Shown: positions 9,530 through 19,336, counted from the first letter of the stretch. The stretch is 64,000 nucleotides of DNA from an uncultured Methanosarcinales archaeon (GCA_964604995.1 CAZSAD010000003.1:1-64000), one strand, 5' to 3'. Notes: generated by a model from the sequence alone, not told the origin. Numbers and translations: made by a program.

Positions 9530-10798
9530 ATGGTTGATGTTTGTTTCTATTTTCAGGTGCACCAGCCTGAAAGATTAAGAAGATACCAAGTATTTGATAT
9601 TGGAAAAAACCATGATTATTTTGACCACAAAAAAAATGAAGAGATAATGCAAAGAGCTGCAAGTAAATGTTATTTGCCTACAAATAAACTCATGCTAGAT
9701 TTAATCAATAAATTTGATGGTAAATTTAAAATAAGTTATAGCTTAACTGGAATATGGATGGAAAAAGCAGAAATTTTTTCTCCCGAAGTAATAGATAGTT
9801 TTAAACAATTAAGTAAAACTGGATGTGTTGAATTTCTTTCTGAAACATATTATCATTCATTAGCTTATCTATTTAGCAAACAAGAATTCAAAGAGCAAAT
9901 TGAATTGCACAAGAAAAAAATAAAATCATTATTCAATCAAGAGCCTAAAGTTTTTAGAAATACTGAACTTATTTATAATAATGAGTTGGCAAATTTTATT
10001 GAACAATTAGGATACAAAGGAATAATGGCAGAAGGATGGGATCATTATTTAGGATACAGATCGCCTAATTTTCCCCACACTCCAAAAACGTGTAAAACAT
10101 TAAAAGTTTTAATGAGAAATTACAAATTATCAGATGATATTGCATTCAGATTTTCAAATACCGATTGGAAAGAACATCCTTTAACAGCAAACAAATTTGC
10201 AAATTGGGTAAATGGAATTAATGGCAATGGAACAAACTTAAATTTATTTATGGATTATGAAACATTTGGCGAACACCAATGGTCAACAACAGGAATTTTT
10301 AAATTCTTAAAGCATATGCCTGAAGAAATTCTTAAGCATCCAGATAATAAATTTTTAACACCATCTGAAGTTATAGATAAACATCCAAGTGTTGGTGAGA
10401 TTGATGTTCATCCTTATATGTCATGGGCAGATGTTGAAAGAGACCTTTCAGCATGGTTAGGAAATCCCATGCAAGATTCTGCAATAAAAGAAATATACTT
10501 AATAGAAAAAAATATCAAAGCATCAAAAGATGAAAAATTACTTTCTGATTGGAGAAAATTGCAGACAAGTGATAATTTTTATTACATGTGTACTAAATGG
10601 TTTGCCGACGGAGATGTACATAAATATTTTAATCCTTACGATTCCCCATACGAATCATTCATCAATTTTATGAATGTTTTAAATGATATAATTATTAGAT
10701 TAAATAAACTTCAAGAAAAAGATCAAAGTGAAAATAATACATCAATAAGGCCAATAATTAGTGAGCATCCAAGTTTAATGTTAAAAAATAAGTTATAA
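9530..10798 (+). CDS. GH57 alpha-amylase family
   Basis: FQVHQP, ETYYHS, FRNTEL (nucleophile), MDYETFGEH, SWAD.ERD.SAW; ATG 9530 follows GGGTGA SD. Confidence 0.92.
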   Translation: MVDVCFYFQVHQPERLRRYQVFDIGKNHDYFDHKKNEEIMQRAASKCYLPTNKLMLDLINKFDGKFKISYSLTGIWMEKAEIFSPEVIDSFKQLSKTGCVEFLSETYYHSLAYLFSKQEFKEQIELHKKKIKSLFNQEPKVFRNTELIYNNELANFIEQLGYKGIMAEGWDHYLGYRSPNFPHTPKTCKTLKVLMRNYKLSDDIAFRFSNTDWKEHPLTANKFANWVNGINGNGTNLNLFMDYETFGEHQWSTTGIFKFLKHMPEEILKHPDNKFLTPSEVIDKHPSVGEIDVHPYMSWADVERDLSAWLGNPMQDSAIKEIYLIEKNIKASKDEKLLSDWRKLQTSDNFYYMCTKWFADGDVHKYFNPYDSPYESFINFMNVLNDIIIRLNKLQEKDQSENNTSIRPIISEHPSLMLKNKL

Positions 10799-10846
10799 TT
10801 TAGATAATATCTAGATAAAATAATATTAAAAAAAGAAGGTGAACAT

Positions 10847-11251
10847 ATGAAAGTTAATATGTTTGATAATAAGTCAGCAGAAGCTAATTCTTTGTTATTT
10901 CAAGTTGCAAAAAATAAAAGAGGTGAGATTATGGCAAATATAAAAAAGAAAACAAACACTCACCATGATAAAGAGGTGAAAAATATGGTAGGAGATGTAT
11001 TGTGTGATACAAAGTTTGCTTTTCATGCTATAGATGGGCAAACATTTAGAAGTATTTTAAATTTGACAAATGCTATAGACACTATGTCCGACGACACATA
11101 TTACTTTCATGTAACAGATGCTAAAAATGATTTTTATAATTGGATAAAAGAAGTATTCCAAGAAAAAGATCTTGCAGCAAAAATTTTAAGTGCAAAAACA
11201 AAAGATAAAAGTCAAATAGTATTATTGAAATGGATTTTGCAGCATAAATAA
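10847..11251 (+). CDS. Small protein resembling DUF5752-type domains found with GH57/glycogen clusters
   Basis: F...DG....S...L...I..M.DD.YYFHV...KNDFYNWI.EVF.E..LA pattern; position at end of operon. Confidence 0.6.
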   Translation: MKVNMFDNKSAEANSLLFQVAKNKRGEIMANIKKKTNTHHDKEVKNMVGDVLCDTKFAFHAIDGQTFRSILNLTNAIDTMSDDTYYFHVTDAKNDFYNWIKEVFQEKDLAAKILSAKTKDKSQIVLLKWILQHK

Positions 11252-11556
11252 ATTTATTATTTTTTTGAATTTAATTTAGAATTTATTTATAAATAGATAG
11301 CTAATCAATAATTATAAGGATTTTATTTAATGTTATTTTCTTTTTGATTTACATAAAACAAGCTAGATGAAAACTAATTAAACGATTCTAAAAAATACTT
11401 ATAAATTTACTATTAAATTTATTAACAAATAATGTTATTAATTATAACCATTAAAATAACCAAAAAGTTTATATATTAATTAGGTAATAAATTAGTAAAT
11501 AAATACTTATAAAAAAAGTTTCCGAGAGGATAATAGATTTAGATAAGGTAGTTTAA

Positions 11557-11793
11557 ATGGTTCAATTCAAAAGAAAACTATACAGGAGGGGCTCTAGCTA
11601 CGAAACTACAATACCCCTGCCCCTCCTTTTTACACTCGACAGTTCTAAAAAATATAATGTTATTTTTGATTTTGATTCTAAAGAACAAAGATGGTTTGTT
11701 AACTTTGTTGAAAGAGAAGATAAGAAAAAATTAGTGGTATCACAAAATGCAAAACAAACAAAAACTAATGCTAAAAATAATTCAAAAAAATAA
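11557..11793 (+). CDS. AbrB/MazE-like small DNA-binding protein (putative)
   Basis: RKLYRRGSSYETTIP swapped-hairpin-like N-terminus; SD AAGGT and TTTATATA promoter upstream. Confidence 0.5.
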   Translation: MVQFKRKLYRRGSSYETTIPLPLLFTLDSSKKYNVIFDFDSKEQRWFVNFVEREDKKKLVVSQNAKQTKTNAKNNSKK

Positions 11794-11835
11794 TTCAAAG
11801 TGAAAGATTAACAATTAATTTTGAGGTGGAGAAAA

Positions 11836-12171
11836 ATGAATGCAGGTATCAAAGATGCAATTAATGGGATGGATTATAATGAATTAATGGGAATTAAAAT
11901 AGATCTTGAAGGAGGAGGCATGCAATTAAGAAAACTTGTCACTCAAAAAATTAAAGAGAAAGAAAAGCTTCACGAAAAAAGATGTGCAGTTTGCAGTAGT
12001 GAAATTGATTGTTATGGAACTGGGAATTATACTTTACTTTTTGGACCAGAGGATTTCAAAAAGAAAGCTAGTTTTTGTGCAATTGATTGTTTAGAATATT
12101 TTTTAAGTAGAATGAAAGAAACAAGAGGAACAATAAGGCACTCAGAAAGACAGTTAAATGAAGAACAATAG
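11836..12171 (+). CDS. Hypothetical protein with C-terminal CxxC...FCxxxC metal-binding (TRASH-like) domain
   Basis: CAVC...FCAIDC; SD GAGGTGG before ATG 11836. Confidence 0.6.
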   Translation: MNAGIKDAINGMDYNELMGIKIDLEGGGMQLRKLVTQKIKEKEKLHEKRCAVCSSEIDCYGTGNYTLLFGPEDFKKKASFCAIDCLEYFLSRMKETRGTIRHSERQLNEEQ

Positions 12172-12287
12172 ATAAAAGATTAGGAACAGTAAATAAAAAT
12201 TCAAATATCATATTGTTACCAATATAATGTATTATTGTTATAAAATATTATAAGATGTTATAAAATAGCATTAAAAAAGAGGTAAAT

Positions 12288-13178
12288 ATGCTTAGTAAAC
12301 AGACACTTAAATACATCTCTAAAGTATTAGAAGATGGTTATCCTGCTAAACAAGTAGAAGATATTCTATTAAAAAAAGGGTATGATAAAAAAGAAGTAGA
12401 AGTTGCTATTAATCAATCTCTTGCAAAAATTAATAACGGTGGTTTAAAAAATCGAATTGAGCAAACATTGCACTATGAATTCTTAAATAAAGCAGATAAA
12501 GTAATTGAAAAATTTGCAGAAAGAATGTTAAGTAAAGGATATTTTGAAGATCAAATAGAAAAAACTTTAGTTGATGATGGATATGATCTAGCAACAGTTC
12601 GAAGAGTACTTAACATTGTAAAAAAAAGAAAAAGAAGAGAGGAAATATTGCATAGTGTATTTGAAAGTGTAAAACATGAAGAAGATGTATTGAAAGAAGA
12701 GTATGAGATATTGCACCATGAATGGTTAAAATTAGGAATTGTTGCAGGAATTGTTTTAACAGCAGTTATAACTATGCTCTTTTCTGATAATATAATTAGA
12801 TACTCAATGCAAATACTAGAAATTGTAGCTATTGTTATAGGAATAGTTGTTGCCCTTCCAACGGGTGCATTTACAATGCACCATTTATCGCTTTGGATGC
12901 ATAAAAAAGAGATTTATTTCAAATTTGCAATAAGATATTTATTAATAATTGGAACAATTTTATTTCTTGCCAAAATAATATTCCCAATTTGGGTAATGTT
13001 TGTAATGTTAATACCCATTATTTATTTTCTTGCACATAATTTTATCAGACACTTTGATTACCCTTATGGAAAATCATTACTTCTTTCCACTTTAACAATA
13101 ATAATAACTCTTGCTAGTGCATATGTTGTGATGGTTATTGTTGGACTTTTGATAGGATTTTATATGTATGCTTTGTAA
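12288..13178 (+). CDS. Membrane protein with two N-terminal helical repeats
   Basis: Two Y/F-x7-GY-x3-(V/I)-x3-L-x3-GY units followed by about 5 hydrophobic helices. Confidence 0.65.
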   Translation: MLSKQTLKYISKVLEDGYPAKQVEDILLKKGYDKKEVEVAINQSLAKINNGGLKNRIEQTLHYEFLNKADKVIEKFAERMLSKGYFEDQIEKTLVDDGYDLATVRRVLNIVKKRKRREEILHSVFESVKHEEDVLKEEYEILHHEWLKLGIVAGIVLTAVITMLFSDNIIRYSMQILEIVAIVIGIVVALPTGAFTMHHLSLWMHKKEIYFKFAIRYLLIIGTILFLAKIIFPIWVMFVMLIPIIYFLAHNFIRHFDYPYGKSLLLSTLTIIITLASAYVVMVIVGLLIGFYMYAL

Positions 13179-13390
13179 AGTTTTAATTAATAGAAAAAAG
13201 ATTAATAGAAGAAATTAATAGAAAGATGGAAAGATTTTATAATTTTAATGCAATGGTTTTTAAACCCTTAATTTATTTATCAAGAATAAATTAAATTATT
13301 ATGTTGATTAAATAAAAATTGAATAAAAAATAGTAAAATTATTTATTATAAAATTAGTGAAGATTAGTTTTGCAAAAAAAAGGGAGTACA

Positions 13391-16093
13391 ATGGTGGAAA
13401 TGTATAGTATTGGAATTAAAGAGGTTCTAGAAATATTAAAAACTACAGAAAATGGACTTTCTTCGCAAGAAACAAAAAAAAGATTTATTGAATATGGTCC
13501 AAATGAATTAATTGAAGGGGAAAAAGTTTCAATTTTAATGTTATTTTTAAGACAGTTTCAGAATTTTCTTATAATATTACTATTGTTTGCAGCAGTTATT
13601 AGTGTAATACTTGGAGAAGTTGCTGAAGCAATTGCAATGGGATGTATAATTTTACTTTCAGTATTACTAGGTTTTGTCCAAGAATATCAAGCAGAGAAAG
13701 CTATTGAAGCTTTAAAAAAAATATCATCTCCAACTGCAAGAGTTATGCGTGATAATAAAGAACAAAAAATAGCTGCCAACTTATTAGTTCCAGGTGATAT
13801 AATAATTCTAGAAGCAGGAGATATCATTCCAGCTGACAGTAGATTAATTGAAGCTAATAGCCTTGAAGTAGCTGAAGCTTCACTTACAGGAGAATCCATG
13901 CCTGTTAAAAAATTTGTACATGAAATAAAACAAGAATCATCTGTTCCAGAGCAAATGAATATGGTTTTTATGAGTACAGGAATAACTTACGGCAAAGGCA
14001 AGGCTGTTGTAACAACAACAGGAATGAAAACAGAATTTGGCAAAATTGCAAAATCAATCCAAAGTGTTGAAGAAAGTGAAACACCTTTGCAAATTAAATT
14101 TAGTAGAATGGCAAAACAAATTGGAATTGCTTTTATGGTCTTAATAACAATTGTATTTATTGCAGGATATATCAGGGGGGATTTGTCATTTATTCAAATG
14201 CTAATATTTTCTTTAAGTTTAGCAGTCGCATCCATTCCAAGTGCACTACCTGCAATTGTTACAATGGGTCTTGCCATTGGATCTAAAAGTCTTGCTAAAA
14301 AAAATATGATAATAAAAAAATTACCAGCTGCTGAAAGTTTAGGCGCTGCAACAATGATTTGCTCAGATAAAACAGGAACAATTACAAAGAATCAGATGAC
14401 AATAACTAAGTTGTATACGGATAACAAAGTAATGGATGTATCTGGAACAGGTTATTTGCCAATTGGAAATGTAACTATATTAGACAAAGCAGTTGATTTA
14501 AAAAAGATAAGTTTAATGCTTAATATTGGTTATTTATGCAACAATTCTAAACTTAATTCTAAAGATAATAGTTGGGAAATAATTGGAGATCCAACTGAAG
14601 GTTCATTAATTGTTCTTGGCAAGAAATGCAAATTGAATGATGAATCTTTAGCAAAAACGCATAGCTTTATTGAAGAATTACCATTTGATTCAGATAGAAA
14701 AAGAATGTCTAAAATATTTAAAATTAATTCAAGCAAGAAAACTGAAGCTTATATTAAAGGTGCACCAGATTTATTATTAAATGTTTGTAACAAAATATAC
14801 ATCAATGGAAAAATTAGAAAATTAACTTCCAAAGATAAAGAAGATATTATTAAGAAAAACGAAGAATTTGCATCAAGCGCCTTAAGAGTTTTAGGACTTG
14901 CTTACAAAGATGTATCAAAAATAAAAAAATATGATATAGAAAATGTCGAGAAAGATTTAGTATTTGTTGGATTAGTTGGAATGATTGATCCACCAAGAGA
15001 AGGAGTCAAAGAGGCGATAGCAAAATGTCAGGAAGCTGGAATTAAAGTAATGATAATTACTGGAGATCATGCAATAACTACAAAAGCAATTGCAACACAA
15101 ATTGGATTATTTTCAAAAGATGATCTAGTAATAACTGGTGGAGATTTAGAAAAGATGAGTGATAGTGAACTTGAAGAAAAAATCGAAAAAGTAAGAATTA
15201 TTGCAAGAGCTCTTCCAATTCAAAAATCAAGAATAATAGATGTTCTACAAAAAAAAGGCCATATTGTTGCAATGACAGGTGATGGTGTTAACGATGCTCC
15301 AGCTTTAAAGAAAGCTGATATTGGAATTGCAATGGGTATAACAGGAACTGATGTTGCAAAAGAAGTTTCCAAAGCTACACTTGCCGATGATAATTTTGCA
15401 ACAATAGTTAATGCAATAGAAGAAGGAAGAAATATTTATGATAAAATGCTTAAATCAACAAGGTTCTTACTTTCTTGTAATATGGGAGAAATTGTAACAA
15501 TATTTTTTGCAATTATGGTAAATATGCCTTTGCCACTTTTAACATTACAAATATTAATGATTAATTTATTAACTGATGGTGTGCCTGCAATGGGCCTTAG
15601 TATGGAACCGCATGAAAAAGATATCATGAAAAGAAAACCAAGAAACCCGAAGGGAAATCCGATTACAACTCCCATGTTTATTATGATTGTAATTTTTGGA
15701 GTAATAATGGGAATTGGTACATTGTATTTATTTAATGCGCATTTGCAAGGTGGAGATATACTTCATGTTAAAGAAGCTCAAACTGTCGCATTTACTACAT
15801 TAGTACTTTTTGAAATGTTTGCTGTAATGGGAAGCAGATCGCTTTATCCTTTCAAAGGATTAAATCCTTTTACTAATCTATGGCTTATGGCAGGAGTAAT
15901 ATTTTCAATTGGAATGCAATTAATCGTTGTATATTGGCCGCCATTACAATCTGTATTTGGAACTGTAGCTCTTAGTTGGAATGATTGGGAAGGCATATTA
16001 CTTGTTTCATTTCTAGGTTTTGCTGTAATGGAACTTGGTAAATATTTTATCAAAGATAAAGAACCTATAAAAGTTATTGCAGTAAGCAATTGA
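13391..16093 (+). CDS. P2-type cation-transporting ATPase (SERCA/PacL-like)
   Basis: TGES, DKTGT, KGAP, DPPR, TGD, GDGVNDAPAL; SD GGGAG before ATG 13391. Confidence 0.93.
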   Translation: MVEMYSIGIKEVLEILKTTENGLSSQETKKRFIEYGPNELIEGEKVSILMLFLRQFQNFLIILLLFAAVISVILGEVAEAIAMGCIILLSVLLGFVQEYQAEKAIEALKKISSPTARVMRDNKEQKIAANLLVPGDIIILEAGDIIPADSRLIEANSLEVAEASLTGESMPVKKFVHEIKQESSVPEQMNMVFMSTGITYGKGKAVVTTTGMKTEFGKIAKSIQSVEESETPLQIKFSRMAKQIGIAFMVLITIVFIAGYIRGDLSFIQMLIFSLSLAVASIPSALPAIVTMGLAIGSKSLAKKNMIIKKLPAAESLGAATMICSDKTGTITKNQMTITKLYTDNKVMDVSGTGYLPIGNVTILDKAVDLKKISLMLNIGYLCNNSKLNSKDNSWEIIGDPTEGSLIVLGKKCKLNDESLAKTHSFIEELPFDSDRKRMSKIFKINSSKKTEAYIKGAPDLLLNVCNKIYINGKIRKLTSKDKEDIIKKNEEFASSALRVLGLAYKDVSKIKKYDIENVEKDLVFVGLVGMIDPPREGVKEAIAKCQEAGIKVMIITGDHAITTKAIATQIGLFSKDDLVITGGDLEKMSDSELEEKIEKVRIIARALPIQKSRIIDVLQKKGHIVAMTGDGVNDAPALKKADIGIAMGITGTDVAKEVSKATLADDNFATIVNAIEEGRNIYDKMLKSTRFLLSCNMGEIVTIFFAIMVNMPLPLLTLQILMINLLTDGVPAMGLSMEPHEKDIMKRKPRNPKGNPITTPMFIMIVIFGVIMGIGTLYLFNAHLQGGDILHVKEAQTVAFTTLVLFEMFAVMGSRSLYPFKGLNPFTNLWLMAGVIFSIGMQLIVVYWPPLQSVFGTVALSWNDWEGILLVSFLGFAVMELGKYFIKDKEPIKVIAVSN

Positions 16094-16311
16094 TTTATTG
16101 TTTAGACTAACAATATTTTTTAGATTATTTTTTATATTTTTTAATTTAGGTTATTTAATTTTCGAATACATCTTTTCTAATTTAAGCTTAACTTATTTGA
16201 ATCATGAAAATTATTAAGAAAAACAATACTTTTCCATATTTATATGGATAAATATTTTTATTTTCATATTTATAATACCCTAATTGTTATTTTAGTACAA
16301 ATGTGCAAAAA

Positions 16312-16327
16312 CAAAACCTTTAAATAT
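16312..16327 (+). promoter_or_regulatory. Archaeal BRE/TATA promoter (CAAAACC-TTTAAATA)
   Basis: TTTAAATA at 16319-16326 with A-rich upstream element, about 325 bp before the Kef start. Confidence 0.5.
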
Positions 16328-16651
16328 AAGTTGTTACGATTAATATACTAAATCGTATACTGGTAGCATAATATACATAACGTACAATCGACGTGTCACC
16401 GGCAAGAAACCGCAAAAAATTAAAAATCGTTGGGAAATAAAAACTGTAGAACCTGTGATGTAGAGCTTTGAGCTTTTTACAAAAACACAGTACGACTATA
16501 GATATTTCTCACTCTTGCTAAATTGTTAAAAACATCAAAATTATCGTTTGTCGTTGATTCTGCTATCTTTATACTTTTTATTAAACCAACAAAAAAAGTT
16601 AACAGTAAAAAAAGTAACAAGAGTTAACAGTAAAAAATTAAGGCGAAAATA

Positions 16652-18556
16652 ATGGAACTTATCATCTATGATATAGCATTCATTATTATCGGAGCTGCAA
16701 TATTTGGGTATATCGCCAAAATATTAAAACAGCCCATGATAATAGCTTATATAATAGCAGGACTAGTTATAGGTCCATTTGGATTTAACTATATCAATAA
16801 TGAAAAAACCATTCTTGCAGTCTCTGAACTTGGAATTACATTTTTACTGTTTTTAGTAGGAATGGAACTTAATATTAACCGCTTGAAGGAAGTGGGAAAA
16901 GTAGTGTTGATTGGGGGATTCCTTCAAGTTGGATTAACTGCTTTATTTAGTGGCACAATAATGTATTTTAGCGGATTTTCAATAATTGAATCATTCTACT
17001 TAGGAATTGTACTTGCTTTTAGTAGCACTTTAGTTGTAGTAAAACATCTTGCTGATAAAAAAGAAATTGACACTTTACACGGCAGAATTGTTGTTGGAGT
17101 TCTTGTTTTGCAAGATTTGATTGTAATACTTGCAATATCAATACTCCCAACATTACAGCAATTCAATTTTACAGCCATAGGTAAATCATTACTTAGCGGA
17201 GTAGCATTAATTATACTTGCATATTTACTTAGTAGAGTTTTACTAAAAAGAATATTTGACTATTCAGCAAAAGATAGTGAATTATTATTTTTATCAAGTC
17301 TTGCTATCTGTTTTATATTTGCATATCTTGCAACTTTAATGGGATTCACTTTAACAATTGGTGCATTCATAGCTGGTGTTGTAATTGCAAATCTCCCATA
17401 CAGTTTAGATATAATTAGTAAAGTAAAATCATTATCTACTTTTTTTAGCGCTTTATTTTTTGTTGCATTAGGCATGCAAATAATGCCATCAACAATCCCT
17501 TCGATAATTATACCTTTAACAATTCTTATAGTTATGGCAGTGGTGTTAAAGCCATTAATTGTATTTTTAATAATTTATTCCTTTGGTTACAACAAAAAAA
17601 CTTCATTCATAACATCAATTGCACTTGGACAAGTAAGTGAATTTTCACTTATTCTTGTAGCTGAAGGTATTCTTTTAGGACATTTATCGCCAAATATGTT
17701 ATCATTAATTATCACTCTTACAATTGTAACTATGCTCATTTCAACATATCTTCTAAATAATGTAGTAAGAGTATACCACAAATATGAACATCACCTAGGC
17801 TTTGTGGATACTCTTTTCAAAAGAAGAAAAAATGATGATATAGTTGCAAGTGAAGATACATGCGGATCTCTAATAAATGCAGAAGTTATCATAAACGGTT
17901 ACACAAACATCGAAGGAACTTTACTTGAGAAATTTATGAGTTCAGGTAAACATGTCATGATAATAGATAATGATCCTGATGTTGTAAGAAAGCTCAAAGA
18001 GCTAAAAATAAACTGCATTTATGGTGATCTTGCTGATAATGATATTATGGAAAAAATCGATCCAAAAAAAGTTGAAATTGTAATGTCTAATGTAATGGAT
18101 GTTCATGATAATTTATTTATCATAAAAAAAATACGTGAAACAAATAAAAAATCAATAATAATAGTTAATGCGAATAGAGTAAATGAATCTTTTGAACTAT
18201 ACAACGCTGGCGCAGACTATGTAGTAATTCCTCATTTAGAAGGCGAAAAAAGAATTGCTGTATTGCTTGAAGATTTTAACAATGATATTAGTAAAGTAAT
18301 TTCAAACAAAATAAAACATATAGAACAACTAAGAAAAAGACAAACATTAAGAGAGCAGATTTATAGTGAAAATGGAAATTTTTTCACTGACATTGACCAT
18401 TTCATAAAAGAAACTGCAGGAAAACTCAAAGAAAACAAAGGCATGATAAAATCACATGAAATAAAGCACACAGAAAAAAATACAAGTGCTAATGCAATAG
18501 ATGTAAATCAAATGATTGAAGAAGCAGGTCGTGAAAAAGCCGGGCAGGAACAATAA
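16652..18556 (+). CDS. CPA2/Kef-type cation:proton antiporter with C-terminal RCK (TrkA-N) domain
   Basis: ELGITFLLFLVGME, FSST.VV, LVLQDL, FFVALG, LGQVSEFS, IYGD...GADYVV. Confidence 0.9.
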   Translation: MELIIYDIAFIIIGAAIFGYIAKILKQPMIIAYIIAGLVIGPFGFNYINNEKTILAVSELGITFLLFLVGMELNINRLKEVGKVVLIGGFLQVGLTALFSGTIMYFSGFSIIESFYLGIVLAFSSTLVVVKHLADKKEIDTLHGRIVVGVLVLQDLIVILAISILPTLQQFNFTAIGKSLLSGVALIILAYLLSRVLLKRIFDYSAKDSELLFLSSLAICFIFAYLATLMGFTLTIGAFIAGVVIANLPYSLDIISKVKSLSTFFSALFFVALGMQIMPSTIPSIIIPLTILIVMAVVLKPLIVFLIIYSFGYNKKTSFITSIALGQVSEFSLILVAEGILLGHLSPNMLSLIITLTIVTMLISTYLLNNVVRVYHKYEHHLGFVDTLFKRRKNDDIVASEDTCGSLINAEVIINGYTNIEGTLLEKFMSSGKHVMIIDNDPDVVRKLKELKINCIYGDLADNDIMEKIDPKKVEIVMSNVMDVHDNLFIIKKIRETNKKSIIIVNANRVNESFELYNAGADYVVIPHLEGEKRIAVLLEDFNNDISKVISNKIKHIEQLRKRQTLREQIYSENGNFFTDIDHFIKETAGKLKENKGMIKSHEIKHTEKNTSANAIDVNQMIEEAGREKAGQEQ

Positions 18557-18600
18557 TGGCAAACAAAAGTTAACAAAACCTGCCCAAGCTTTATTTTCTT
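18542..18600 (+). terminator. Possible terminator/3' structure (GGGCAGG...CCTGCCC followed by T-rich tract)
   Basis: 7-bp GC inverted repeat 18542-18548/18579-18585 spanning the Kef stop codon. Confidence 0.3.
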
Positions 18601-18772
18601 TAATAATTCTTCAAAAATTATTTTACAGTTCTTTTTAGTAATATAAGCAAAAATTGTACACTTAAAGAAAAACTAGATAAATGATGTTGATTTAATAAGA
18701 TATATCAAAAAAGTAGCCATAATAAGGTCAATGATATTGACAATATTAATTAACAACAGATGAGGTGAGAAA

Positions 18773-19336
18773 ATGGTAAATATTAATGATAAAGCGCCTG
18801 ATTTTAGTGAAGATGCATTTGTAAATGGAGAAATCAAAAAAATTAACCTATCAGATTATAAAGGAAAATGGGTTGTTTTATTCTTTTATCCAGCTGATTT
18901 TACATTTGTTTGTCCAACTGAACTTGGAGAACTTGCAGACCACTATGAAGATATCAAAAAATTAGGGGCAGAAATAATAACTGTAAGTGTTGATACTGCA
19001 TTTGTACACAAAGCATGGCATGACGCATCAGATACTATAAAAAAAGTTAGATATCCAATGCTAGCTGATCCTGCTAGAAGAGTATGCTCAAGTTATTATA
19101 CCTTAATCCCACAAGAAGGATTATCATTAAGAGCAACTTATATAATTGACCCAGATGGAAACATAAAGGCATTTGAATTCCATGACAATGGAATTGGAAG
19201 AAGTGTTGAAGAATTAATAAGAAAACTCCAAGCTGCCAAGTTTGTAAGGGAACACAAAGGAGAAGTATGTCCAATGAATTGGAAACCAGGTGCTAAAACA
19301 CTAAAACCTGGTGTAGATTTAATTGGTAAGATTTAA
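18773..19336 (+). CDS. ahpC: 2-Cys peroxiredoxin AhpC
   Basis: FFYPADFTFVCPTE and GEVCP motifs. Confidence 0.95.
   Translation: MVNINDKAPDFSEDAFVNGEIKKINLSDYKGKWVVLFFYPADFTFVCPTELGELADHYEDIKKLGAEIITVSVDTAFVHKAWHDASDTIKKVRYPMLADPARRVCSSYYTLIPQEGLSLRATYIIDPDGNIKAFEFHDNGIGRSVEELIRKLQAAKFVREHKGEVCPMNWKPGAKTLKPGVDLIGKI

Noticed and set aside
16350..16500. Assignment to yybP-ykoY, M-box or c-di-AMP riboswitch
   Set aside because: Only short fragments resemble the consensus (GTAGC, GCAAGA); core conserved motifs are missing, so it is left unassigned
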